The position numbers and the translations under genes were made by a program. A model generated the notes under the pieces. It saw nothing but the letters and a program-made list of their open reading frames with translations. It was not told where the DNA came from and did not search any database. This document shows, one piece after another, positions 20,043 to 31,400 of a DNA stretch of 64,000 nucleotides. The stretch comes from Bacteroidota bacterium (GTDB taxonomy: Bacteria > Bacteroidota > Bacteroidia > UKL13-3). Numbering within the stretch: the first letter of the stretch is position 1; the number at the start of each line of letters is the position of its first letter. The DNA lies in NCBI GenBank assembly GCA_051715425.1, contig JBPXJS010000042.1, positions 17,805 through 81,804 of the forward strand. The letters are read 5' to 3'.

Positions 20043-20675
20043 TTAAAATACTTCAATACCCTCCGGATGCTGGACGATTTTGTTATCCTGCTCCAGCCTT
20101 TTTAAAACACGCGTTACCACTTCTCTTGCTGTACCAAGGTCGGCAGCAATTTCCTTATGCTTAACAGGCAGTATTTTTTTGGAGTGGATAAGCTGTTTTT
20201 GTTTAAGGTAATCGTAAACACGTCCATCCATTTTGGCAAAAAGAAGAAGGTTAATCGTTTCCAGCAGTTCCGTGTATCGCTGGTGGTAAAGGTTGTAGAA
20301 TATGGTATTTAAAGCCGGGTACTTTTTTATCCATTCAGCCACTTTATTGGCAGGAAGCAGAACAAGGGTACAATCATCTTCAGCCATGGCTACTATTTTA
20401 CTTGGCAGGTTGTTTAGCCCCGCATTAAAAGACATGATACAACTTTGACTGGGCTTAATATAATAGAGCAAAATATCTTTCTCTTCAAAGCTGCCACTTA
20501 CCTTAACAGTTCCATTTATAACAAGCGGAATATACTGCACGTATTGTCCCTCTTTCAATATCACTGCATTTTTTGAGAGGTGAATGGTTTCGCATGATTC
20601 CGCAATTTCCACCAACAATTCTTCCCCTAATAAAGGAAAGTTTTTTCTAAGAAAGTGCAGGTCTGATTGGGGCAT
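20043..20675 (-). CDS. Crp/Fnr-family transcriptional regulator
   Basis: N-terminal cNMP-binding beta-roll and C-terminal HTH (IAADLGTAREVVTRVLKRL). No N-terminal Cys cluster, so not a classical FNR. Confidence 0.7.
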   Translation of the reverse strand: MPQSDLHFLRKNFPLLGEELLVEIAESCETIHLSKNAVILKEGQYVQYIPLVINGTVKVSGSFEEKDILLYYIKPSQSCIMSFNAGLNNLPSKIVAMAEDDCTLVLLPANKVAEWIKKYPALNTIFYNLYHQRYTELLETINLLLFAKMDGRVYDYLKQKQLIHSKKILPVKHKEIAADLGTAREVVTRVLKRLEQDNKIVQHPEGIEVF

Positions 20676-21319
20676 TACGAGGAGTAATACGCAAACATGG
20701 CTGCAAGCAGAGAGCGTTCCACGGGAGAAAGTTTATGGTGTTGTTCTTTGGTTAAGGTTTTTGCATCCGGCTCTTTAAAGAACAGCACAATAGGAGTAAA
20801 GAGTTCTTTAATCTCAGAGCGTTCGCTTACTTCTTTGCCAATATGAAGAATGGTATCCAGATTTTCTTCTGTAATTTCCTGATGTGTAATCAGGTCTTCA
20901 TAAATTCTGTGTTCATCCTGAAACTCGTCTTCATCTACCAGCAGAAACTCATAGAGGAAATCTTCCAGATCCACCGGAGATTCCGTATCATGGGCTTCAC
21001 TGATATAGAGGAGCATGTTTAGCAATTCTGTGCCCCGCTCAATGGTTTTATCTTCAATATCCAGCCACTCTTTCGAATCAAAATAATCTTCGTTGCTGTT
21101 GTTGTTTTCCAGGTGGTGGCACATTAACAGGTCAAAAGCATATTCTTCCAATTCAGCAAATGCCGGATGTGCAGCCATCAACTGGTCAAATGTGGTAACC
21201 TTTGAAAGAAAATCATTGTTATCATCAAACAATGCGAGAAGAGCTTCTGGTGCGCTGGTATCGCCTTTCTCTGAATAATTTTTGTATAGTGCCTTAAAGG
21301 CATTTATTGATCTGCTCAT
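20675..21319 (-). CDS. Highly acidic hypothetical protein (214 aa)
   Basis: Clean ORF whose stop overlaps the Crp start. Very rich in D/E, with no recognisable motif. Confidence 0.4.
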   Translation of the reverse strand: MSRSINAFKALYKNYSEKGDTSAPEALLALFDDNNDFLSKVTTFDQLMAAHPAFAELEEYAFDLLMCHHLENNNSNEDYFDSKEWLDIEDKTIERGTELLNMLLYISEAHDTESPVDLEDFLYEFLLVDEDEFQDEHRIYEDLITHQEITEENLDTILHIGKEVSERSEIKELFTPIVLFFKEPDAKTLTKEQHHKLSPVERSLLAAMFAYYSS

Positions 21320-22596
21320 GCGTTTTTTATTAGCTGGTCTTTATTAATAATGGCGATTACTTTGCCTGAAAGTGTTGTACCCCAAACCGGAGAATTTTTT
21401 GATTTAGACCGGTTTGTTTTTTCATTTAATTCCCAGGTACCTTTGGGATCGAATAATGTTAATTCTGCTTTACTTCCTTTGGTGAGGCTTATGTTTTCCT
21501 GTTTTAAAATTTTTCTGGGGTTTATAGATAGGGCACGCACAAGCATTTCCGTGGTTATGGATGCCGGCTTAAACATTTGAAGGAGGGAATATGCAGTTTG
21601 AAGTTGGGTCATGCCATGGGCGGCATATTCAAATTCCACCTCTTTATGTTCCGTATCTTCCGGCTGGTGGTCAGTGATGATGCAATCAATTGTTCCGTCT
21701 GCAATGCCATCCCAAAGTGCTTTTTGATCTGTTTTGCCGCGTAGGGGAGGAGATAGTTTATAATTGCTGTCAAAGGTACTGAGGGTGTCATCTGTAAATA
21801 TCAGGTTAGCTACTGCAACATCTGCGGTTACCTGTAACCCCTGCTTTTTTGCTTTGCGGATTAAATCCACGCTTCCTTTAGAGGATATATGAGAAAAATG
21901 GAGGGCATTGCCTGTATAGCGGATCAACTCCAGATCCCGTGCAATAATAATCTCTTCAGCAATATTAGGTATACCCTTTAAACCAAGGCTTACACTTACC
22001 TGTCCTTCATGCATGGAGCCACCGGCAGCAATATGCGGGTCATTGGCATGACTCAGGAGTAGTCCGCCAAAATTAGCGGCATACTGCATGGCACGCATCA
22101 TTATCCCTGCATGTGCAATGGTTTTATTGCCATCGGAAAATGCAATGGCACCTGCCTGATGCATATCAAACAGTTCATTTAACTCTTCACCTGCTCTGTT
22201 TTTAGTAATGGCACCGTAGGGCAAAATATTCACCGGAAGAGCGTCTGATTTTCTAAGTACATACTCCATATCAGCCTTAGATTGCATGGCTGGTTCCGTA
22301 TCAGGCAGGCAGGCTATGGTGGTAAACCCTCCCGCTGCTGCTGCTTTAGCGCCACTTTCAAGGGTCTCTTTATATTCAAGCCCTGGTTCCCGGAGAGAAG
22401 CCCGCATATCAAACCACCCGGGACTAATGAATTGTCCGTTTGCATCAAGTGATTTAATCCCGCTTTTGTTAAAGAATTTTTTTGTTGAAGGTTGTATTTC
22501 TTCAATCATACCATTGCTGATAAGCAAATCACATTTTTTGCCGTTCAGTGCCGATTGCGGATCGCATACGGTGGCGTTGAGAATAAGAATTTTCAT
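21316..22596 (-). CDS. Dihydroorotase-like amidohydrolase, apparently lacking the HxH metal ligands
   Basis: Overall DHOase-like layout with LREPG and GGFT motifs. Where the D-x-H-x-H motif is expected, the sequence reads FDMRASLREPG. Confidence 0.55.
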   Translation of the reverse strand: MKILILNATVCDPQSALNGKKCDLLISNGMIEEIQPSTKKFFNKSGIKSLDANGQFISPGWFDMRASLREPGLEYKETLESGAKAAAAGGFTTIACLPDTEPAMQSKADMEYVLRKSDALPVNILPYGAITKNRAGEELNELFDMHQAGAIAFSDGNKTIAHAGIMMRAMQYAANFGGLLLSHANDPHIAAGGSMHEGQVSVSLGLKGIPNIAEEIIIARDLELIRYTGNALHFSHISSKGSVDLIRKAKKQGLQVTADVAVANLIFTDDTLSTFDSNYKLSPPLRGKTDQKALWDGIADGTIDCIITDHQPEDTEHKEVEFEYAAHGMTQLQTAYSLLQMFKPASITTEMLVRALSINPRKILKQENISLTKGSKAELTLFDPKGTWELNEKTNRSKSKNSPVWGTTLSGKVIAIINKDQLIKNA

Positions 22597-22638
22597 TTGT
22601 TTACATCAGGAGGTTGGTGGTTTACCCTTGTTCCCGTG

Positions 22639-24705
22639 TTATTTAAGTTTTAACAAAAGTATTTCAAACGCCACAAAAAGCAAAGCCAATATTATACAAA
22701 TGCGCCATAACGGGGTACCGGAAACCTCATTTTTTAGCTCAAACGCAAGCACATCGGTATCACGGGTTCTTACCCTGGCATTGCCAAAAGTTCCTGCAAG
22801 CAATGCGAGTTCTTCTGCCGGGTATGATTGCAGGGCCGATTCATTGCGGTTAAAGTTAAAGGCAACCATTGCCACCTGTTGTTTGTTGTTTTGCGAGGTA
22901 AGCTGATATACCCCGGCATCTTTCAGTTCGTCACCAACAAAAGCTTCTGTAGAGCCATTTTTGTTCACCATATCTGTAATAAGCTCAGATTTGTTACCGG
23001 AAAAACGCAACAATTTTTCGCCTTCGATATCCTCCACTTCGGGTAGTTTTACCCATTTATTGCTTCCAATATGATAGGATAGCGGCAGTTGTTTGCCTGA
23101 CCCAAGGCCCAGCTTAAAGAATACAGGCACAAACAGGGAGTGCATTGGAAAATTACTCCAGGTTTCCTTTAATGGAACAGACAGGAGGTAGATCTGTCCT
23201 TTTTTGTATGTTGATTGCCATAAAAAGCTATTGCCATCATTGAGGGTAATGATTTTTTTCCCCCGGGCTTGTCCGCTGGTGTTAAAACTATAGGACTGGT
23301 GAATAACGGGTAGATCCATATTGCGGGGAATACTGCTGAATACAGCTTTAAACAGGTCGTCACGGTGATTGAGATCACTTACTTTAAGCTCCTGTTTGAT
23401 CTGTCGGGAATAGGACAAGGTACCACATGTGTTTAAGAGGGTGTTTAAACCACCTAAATCAGTTTCTTTTTCAGATGGAATGATAACCACCTGACCACCA
23501 TTTTCTATGTATTTTTTGAGTTCATCATTAAAACCTGAGGAATGTGATTTGGTTTCATTAAGAATAATCAGGTCAAATGATTTAAAAGCAGCGTAGTTTA
23601 TCTGATCCTGGCTGGTATTGGTTAACCTGAATGCAACATCGGTGGCAAAAAGGTGATTAAGGTATGAAGAGGGAGCGTAGCCGTTGATACAAAGAACCTG
23701 GTTCGACTCAACAGGTTTAAGAGCAAAAAAATACTTGTCGTCAAACGTAACCGGGTGGTCTGTAATGCTTACTTCTCCTTTAAGCCAGCCGGCATCCGAC
23801 ACCACCACATTCATTTCTGCGGTGGCACTTTCACCAGGCCCGCAGGAGACCGTCACAAGGCCCTTTTGAACATCGTTTATTTTCAGAGAAATGGCAAGGT
23901 TTTCAATGGTTTCTTTCCCATGGTTTTTAATTCTTACTTTTAAGGTAGCATTTTCTTTTAGCCTAACAACGGGGCTGGTTAACCAAACAGAATCAACAGA
24001 GAGGTTATTATATGCATTTGCCGCAAGAGGGATAAAATTAATAGCAAAGCTGCTGTCGGCTTTCAGTTCGGAAGTTTTGGTGGCACTTTTTTGGAAATCG
24101 CTGATATAAAAAAGAAGTTTTCCCTGATTGGTTTGACCTATAGTACTTTTTTGCCGGGTAAATACTTCAGGTATTGATCTGGATAAGGATGTGATGCGGA
24201 TTTCATCAATAGCCTGAGCGGCTTCCGACTTATTAATCAGCCGCATTTGTTTTCCTGTAAAATCATTGGTGAGGATATGAAAACGATCGGTATTTGAATA
24301 AGCCGATAATATAGCATGTGCTTTGTTTTTTGCCTCTTCGAGCAGTTGGCCATTTTTACCATCATTATTCATGGAAAAAGAATTATCAATGTATATGCTC
24401 ACCGTTTGCTGTTGTTTGATATCACTATCAGGTGCAGCAGGAATAAAAGGTTGGGCAAAGGCTAATACGATAAGAGAAACAGCCAATATCCGGCATGCCA
24501 GAATCAGCCATTCTTTCAGTTTTCTTTTGGCCTTGCTTTCCTGCTGTATTTGTTGGAGGAATCTGATATCGCTGAAAATGATTTTTTTATACCTGCGAAA
24601 ATGAAACAGGTGAATAATAATTGGAATACTGATGGCTGTTAACGCCCAAAGGAAATGAGGAAATAAAAAATGCATGAGTGGCAATATAATTAAGAAATAA
24701 CGCAT
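22639..24705 (-). CDS. BatA-N-terminal-domain, two-anchor membrane protein (688 aa)
   Basis: N-terminal double TM with the FRRYKK motif typical of the aerotolerance BatA N-domain. A large extracytoplasmic region is followed by a C-terminal TM anchor (LWRICIILALLFVAFEILLLKLK). Confidence 0.5.
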   Translation of the reverse strand: MRYFLIILPLMHFLFPHFLWALTAISIPIIIHLFHFRRYKKIIFSDIRFLQQIQQESKAKRKLKEWLILACRILAVSLIVLAFAQPFIPAAPDSDIKQQQTVSIYIDNSFSMNNDGKNGQLLEEAKNKAHAILSAYSNTDRFHILTNDFTGKQMRLINKSEAAQAIDEIRITSLSRSIPEVFTRQKSTIGQTNQGKLLFYISDFQKSATKTSELKADSSFAINFIPLAANAYNNLSVDSVWLTSPVVRLKENATLKVRIKNHGKETIENLAISLKINDVQKGLVTVSCGPGESATAEMNVVVSDAGWLKGEVSITDHPVTFDDKYFFALKPVESNQVLCINGYAPSSYLNHLFATDVAFRLTNTSQDQINYAAFKSFDLIILNETKSHSSGFNDELKKYIENGGQVVIIPSEKETDLGGLNTLLNTCGTLSYSRQIKQELKVSDLNHRDDLFKAVFSSIPRNMDLPVIHQSYSFNTSGQARGKKIITLNDGNSFLWQSTYKKGQIYLLSVPLKETWSNFPMHSLFVPVFFKLGLGSGKQLPLSYHIGSNKWVKLPEVEDIEGEKLLRFSGNKSELITDMVNKNGSTEAFVGDELKDAGVYQLTSQNNKQQVAMVAFNFNRNESALQSYPAEELALLAGTFGNARVRTRDTDVLAFELKNEVSGTPLWRICIILALLFVAFEILLLKLK

Positions 24706-25410
24706 TTATGAAAACTATCATCTAATATTTTCAGAATAATTTTACCAGACCAGAAAAGCATGGTTGAAGTGCTTCCTTTTGGCTATAAAATCAGGATTAT
24801 TTTAATGCTTTTTTAAGCTGCTATACCTGTGTGATATAGTGAAATGCTTTTTTAAAGTAACCATTGCTTTGAGTATAGGGGCACTTAAGAAGAGCATGAT
24901 AATAAAAAGAGTTATATCATCATCTTAAAACAGTTAAGGGGTATTGGAACTATTTGCCGGAACATTTTTTTTGGTGATAACCAAGGCAGAATTTGCGGGA
25001 GTACAGGTATTGCAACTTAATATTAAATGGCTCTTACAAACATAAAAAGTTGTTGGAAGTTTTACTAAAAGATGCTACGTAAGTAAACCATTTTTAAGAT
25101 TTGCGGAATACTAAGTTTAAGAAGGTTTAAATATTAAAGATGACTGTTCACGTTGTTAAAAAAGAACTCAAAATGCGGCAAGCTTCACCTATTTGAAAGG
25201 TGAGCAGCAGGTTTTGTTGAAGTATTCGTCTCAAAAAGTTAGACACGACTACTTTTTATATCCTGTTAAATGGCAATTTGTTTTAAATATTTACCACTCG
25301 TACAAAAAACGATAATTTTTATGGCCAGATATTAAGAATAAGCAGATTGTTCAATATTATGCCAATAATTAACAATAGTAAACCAACAAAACTATATTTA
25401 ATAAAAGCTT

Positions 25411-28400
25411 ATGATTACAACAATTACTCAACACATGCCAGATTTACAAATCAGGAATTACGCACAATGGCTAACAAAAACAGCACTTATTCTTACGATA
25501 TGGAGCGTTTGTATGATGAATGATTTATATGCTCAGAACATGGGCTATAGTTTTACTTCTTCTTCCGGAACATATACGCCTATTACCGGTGGCACCGTGC
25601 ATTCTTCAGGTGGTGCTATGGATGATGCTACCTTCTCCATTACGCTTCCATTTACCTTTACATTTAATGGAACAGCGTATACACAAGTATATGTGAGTGA
25701 AAACGGATATTTAAGTTTTGGAGCAACCAACCCGGGCACCACTACCCGCTCGGCTCTTTCATCAACCAATACAGGCTTTGAGGTGGCCACCAGCTTTTCA
25801 GCTGACCTGCAGGGAATAAACGCCTCCTCTGAATTACGCAGTCAGGTGATAGGTACGGCTCCAAACCGCACTTTTGTTGCACAATGGACCAATCTGCAGT
25901 TTTATCTGGCCAGTGGACAATCGTTTAATTTTCAGATTCAACTGGATGAGGCCAACGGTGTATTGATCAATCAGGTTGTACGCAATGTATATGGTACGGT
26001 AAGTAATGCAGGAGCGTCCTCTACTGCTATGGTAGGTTTAAGGGGGCTAAACAATACAATCTATCAAAACAGAACAACAACCACAGCCTGGGCATCTACA
26101 ACGGCAGGATCTTCAAATGGGGCTGCTTGCACTATATCGAGTACGGTGTTCCCTGCATCAGGGCTTACGTATACGTGGGCTCCAATACCAATGAGTTATA
26201 CTTCTTCTACAACTGTACAAAGCTCTACAGCACCCGTTATTCCTTCCAGCGTAAATCAGCAGATTATACAAGTACAGATAGTAGCAGGCGGAGGTACTGC
26301 GAATCCGCTTACGCTTACCCAGTTGAGTTTAAATACCAATGGTTCTACTTCTGCCGCCAATATTGCGAATACCAAAGTATATTATACAGGCACTACCAAT
26401 ACTTTTTCAACCACCACTCAGTATGGTTCTACTGTTACTTCACCAGCTGCAACTTACACCGTAACAGGTTCACAGGCGCTGGCACTGGGCACCAATTATT
26501 TCTGGGTAACTTACGATATTGTAGCAAGCCCAACTTTAGGCAATGTGGTTGATGGAGAATGCACGCAAATAACTGTTTCCAGTTCAAATTATGCCCCAAC
26601 CGTAACTGCTCCGGCAGGAACCAGAACGATCAGTTCACCACTTTCAGGAAACTATAATATTGGAGCATCCGGAAATTACCCTACATTGACAGCTGCTGTA
26701 ACTTCCCTTAATTCAAGCGGTGTATCAGGGCCTGTTACCTTCACATTAACCGATGCCAATTATTCAACAGCTGAAACATTTCCTATTGTTATTAATCAGT
26801 TTTCGGGTTCATCTGCTGTAAATACCTTAACCATTAAACCGGCATCAGGATTGGTAACTACTATTACAGGTTCGGCAACATCATTGATTACTTTAAACGG
26901 GGCAGATAATATCATTATAGATGGTTCTGCTTACGGAAATAATAGCCGCGAGTTGAATTTGATCAACAACAATACAGGCACCTCTGCTGTTATTTTTGTT
27001 AGCAGTTTAGGTATCGGTCTGGGTTCAAGAAATGTAACCATACAAAATTGCAATATTCAGGGAGGATCTTCTACAGCAACCGGTGTGTTAGGGATTTTTG
27101 CCGGTGGTACTACTATATCAACCACCGGAACCGGTGCTGATAATGATAAACTTTCCATTATCAATAACAGTGTTAGCAAAGCATATTTTGGCATTTATTG
27201 CCGTGGCGTTGCCAGCACAGGTATGAATGATACCTTGATCATTTCAAACAATTCTGTCGGATCTAATACAGCTTCTGCTGTTGTGCTTTATTCCGGTATT
27301 GATGTACAGAATGCAACACTTGCTACTATTAATAACAATACCATTTTTAATATGACCCAACCTAGTGGTATTTCTACGAGTTCTGTTGCTATCAATTTAG
27401 GAGGAACATTAGTTACTGCCAACGTGCACAGCAATGTAATTAACGGAGTGCGCAACCCCAGTTCAGGAGGATGGGGTGCTTATGGTATTAATGTGCTGGG
27501 AACCATTACTACTATGAATATTTATAACAACGCGATATCTGATATCTCAACCATGAATTACAGTAGCACCAGCACGACCTTTAATGCATTTGGTATAAGG
27601 ATTACTGTTGCAGGAACCTACAGAATATATAATAACTCTATTCATTTATTTGGGCCAGTTCCAAATGTGGGAACCACTCCTCATTTAAGTGTTTGTATGC
27701 TCTTTATTGCAGGTACCTCTGTAGATATGCGTAATAATATTTTTGTAAATTCTCAAACAGGGCTTGCTGGTGCAAAGAGTTTTGCAATTTACAGTACGAT
27801 TGCCAATACGGCATTTGCTACCACTTCTAATTACAATAACTACTTTGTAAGCGGTGCAAATGGAGTTTTAGGATATATAAGCTCTGCTAATCAGACTACT
27901 CTTACTGCATGGAAAACCATTATGGGCGCACAACGAGATTCCGTTTCTCTGAATGTGGATCCGGCATTTAATTCCAATACCATTATCAGGCCAACGGCAG
28001 CTTCACCAATTTTAAATACGGGAACTCCGGTAGCAATGACAGCCACAGACCTCCTTGGCGTAACACGAAATGCAACCACACCTGCTATGGGTGCTTATGA
28101 GCAAGGAGGAGAGTATATTCCTCCGGTAATTACCTTTACTCCATTAACCAATGTATTTGCCAGTTCAAACAGGTTGCTCAGTGCGTTTGCCAACATATCC
28201 GATACATCAGGATCGATAAACACAACTGCAGGTACCAGACCACGTTTGTATTTTAAGAAATCAACCAATGCCAACGCTTATGTTGGTAATACCAGTGCAG
28301 ATAATGGCTGGAAATGGGTGGAAGCAACCAATACCACTTCCCCATTTGATTTTAATATGAACTTTGCGTTGCTTACAGGTGGTTCTGTTACACCTGGTGA

Positions 28401-31400
28401 TCAAATTCAATATTTTGTATTAGCGCAGGATATGTCAGCAACGCCTAATGTAACAGTGGTGAATAATAATTTTATCCGCACCGTACCTTCATCTGTTGCA
28501 CTTACCGCCAGCAGTTTTCCTATATATGGTTACAATACATTTAATATTGTACAACTGCTCAGCGGAAACATAAATGTTGGTGCCGGACAAACATACACCT
28601 CATTAACTAATGCCGGAGGGTTGTTTGAGATGATTAATAACAATGCTGTTTCAGGTAATATCAATGTGTTTGTAAAATCAGATTTGGCAGAAACCGGAGC
28701 TGTGGCATTGAACCAAACCATTGAAAGTGGTGCAGGAAATTACAGCATCACCATTCAACCAGATTCCAGTCAAACACGCACCATTTCTGGATCATTTGCA
28801 GGAGGTTTAGTTCGTTTAAATGGAGCCGATAGAATTATTTTTGATGGACGCTATTTGGGTTCAGGTAATTTCCTTACGTTTCAGAACTTACAATCATCAG
28901 GGACTACCGCATGTATTCATATAGGCAGTTTAGGGAATAACCTTGGTGCGGTATCCAATACCGTGCGCAATTGTAATTTTGTGATGCCAAGAACAGGTGT
29001 CATATCAGTTGGGGTATCTTCAAGTGGAAGTACAGTAAGCGCATTTGGATCCGATAATGATTCCTTATCACTGCTCAATAATTATGTTAGATCGGCATCA
29101 ATCGGTTTCCAGGTTTTTGGTAATATAGGTTTTAACCACGATGCGGTAACTATTACTGGAAATGTTTTAGATACAATGTCTCGATATGGTATTTCAGTGG
29201 GATCTATCCGGTCATTTACTATTGCTTCCAATACTGTAAATAATATATTCGGCACAACCGGTATCACTTTATACGGTATCGTGGGGGCTGATGTAACAAA
29301 CGGAACTGTTTCTCAAAATACCATAACAAATGTGCAATCATTGAATCAAAATGCATGGGGTATTTATTTAGGAAGCAATGACTCTTCGATTGCTATTAGC
29401 CGTAATAATATCAGCCGTATTTTACATTCAGGTACAAGTGGATGGGGTGGGAAAGGTATTGGTGTAAATACCGGATTGGCGAATAGCAATATTGAACTCA
29501 GTAACAATTTTATCAATAACATTTCGGGTGATGGACTCAACACCATTGGATCAAATGCTATTGTGGGTATTCTCATTGCTGGCAATACAGGTGGGGTAAG
29601 AGTAAATCATAATACAGTGTATTTATACGGAAGCATTAGCCGGGTAGCTGCCACTAATGATGTGAGTGCAGCATTTGCGGTTTCTTCATCAACTACCTCT
29701 AACCTGGATGTAAGAAATAATATTTTCAGAAATGCGATTGTAAATACTACCGGGGTTCAAAAATCATATGCTATATACCATGCCGGTACCAATATCAGCC
29801 AGTTTTCTAACCTGGCCTATAATAATTATTTAGCTGAGGGGCCAGAAGCAGTGATGGGTTATTTAAATGCTGCAGATATTGCCAATATGGGTGCCTGGAA
29901 AACAGCAACGGTATCTGATAGCCTTTCCCAAAACCGGGTAGTTAATTTTATCGATTCATCAGATCTTCATTTAGCAGGTCCTTCAAATGGCGATTTATAC
30001 CTGAGGGCACCACGTATTGCTTCAATCAACGTTGATTATGACAATACCATTCGTGCTGCAGTTACTTATATGGGAGCTGATGCAGGCTCAACTTCCCTGG
30101 CAATGGTTGTAGATGCCGGTACAGATAAAACTACTTGTAACGGAAGTGGTGTAGGAATCGGTTCTCCTTCTATTGTTACTTCAGGCGGTATTTCTCCTTA
30201 CACCTATTCATGGAACCCAACTGCAAGTGCGGTTTCAAATCCAACAGTTTCTCCGGTTACCAATACTACTTATGTAGTAACAGTTACAGATACATTCGGC
30301 TTCTCCGGAACCGATACGGTTAATGTAACTGTAAATAATCTCGTTGCCGGTAATAGTGCAACAGCTGATCAAACCATTTGTACATCTTCAACACCTGCCG
30401 CCTTAACAGGTAGCACCCCAACAGGCGGTAACGGAAGTTCATATACTTATGCCTGGTTAAGCTCCACTACCAGTGCAAGTGCAGGATTTGCTGCAGCCAG
30501 CGGTACCAACAATACACAGAACTATACTCCGGGAGCATTAACACAAAACACCTGGTATAAACGCAGGGTAAGCTCTGGTGTTTGTAATGCAGATACATCA
30601 GCGGCAGTTGCCATTACGGTAAATGCAGCCGGCACCTGGATAGGATCTACCAGCACCGCATGGAACAATACAGCCAACTGGAGTTGTCCATTGGTACCAA
30701 CGAATACTACCAACGTAACCATCAACAGCGGAGCACCTAATATGCCTGTAATTGTAGATGCACAACAATGTAATAACCTGACCATAAATACCGGTGCAAC
30801 CTTAACCTTAAACAATACAGCATCACGTTTAGGTATTTTTGGTACCATCAGCAACAGTGGTACATTTACCAATACCAGCGGAACCATTGCCCTCTCAGGC
30901 AGCTCAGCGCAAACACTTCCTGCAGGTACATACAATAAATTGCAGGTAAACAACAGCGCAGGTGTAAATACAGGTGGAGCAGTGGTACTCAACGATTCGT
31001 TGATATTAACCTCTGGAGTAATTACCCTTGGCAGCAATAACCTTACGATGGGTAATGCCTCTTACAGCAGTACAGGCAGCGCCAGCAGTTATGTGCGTAC
31101 CAACAGCACGGGCAGGGTATTGGTAAATAATGTAGGCACAGCAGGTAAAACCGGATCAGTAATTATACCTGTTGGAAATACAACATACAATGGGGTAGTT
31201 TTAACCAATACAGGCACAGCCGATACCTATACGGTTTGGGTAATTGATAGTGTAACCAACACCTATACCGGCTCAACACCAACAGGAGCCAAAGTAACCA
31301 GCAATGCAGTAAACCGCACCTGGATTATTAATGAATCGGTAGCAGGTGGAAGCAATGCAACGGTAAGTCTGGTATGGAGCACAGGCGATGAGTTGGGAGG

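Noticed and set aside
20043-20675. Crp/Fnr regulator as an FNR-type oxygen sensor controlling the cbb3 locus
   Set aside because: It has no N-terminal Cys cluster for an Fe-S centre. It is about 4.5 kb away with unrelated genes between. No FNR-box-like TTGAT-N4-ATCAA was seen upstream of ccoI or the USP gene on inspection.
24706-25410. Possible hidden small genes or riboswitch in the 705-bp region upstream of the giant gene
   Set aside because: Manual translation in all forward frames yields only ORFs of 21 aa or fewer, with no conserved-looking features. Only a weak hairpin (tcacct-atttgaa-aggtga) is present. It is kept as a note under the giant-gene finding rather than as a feature.
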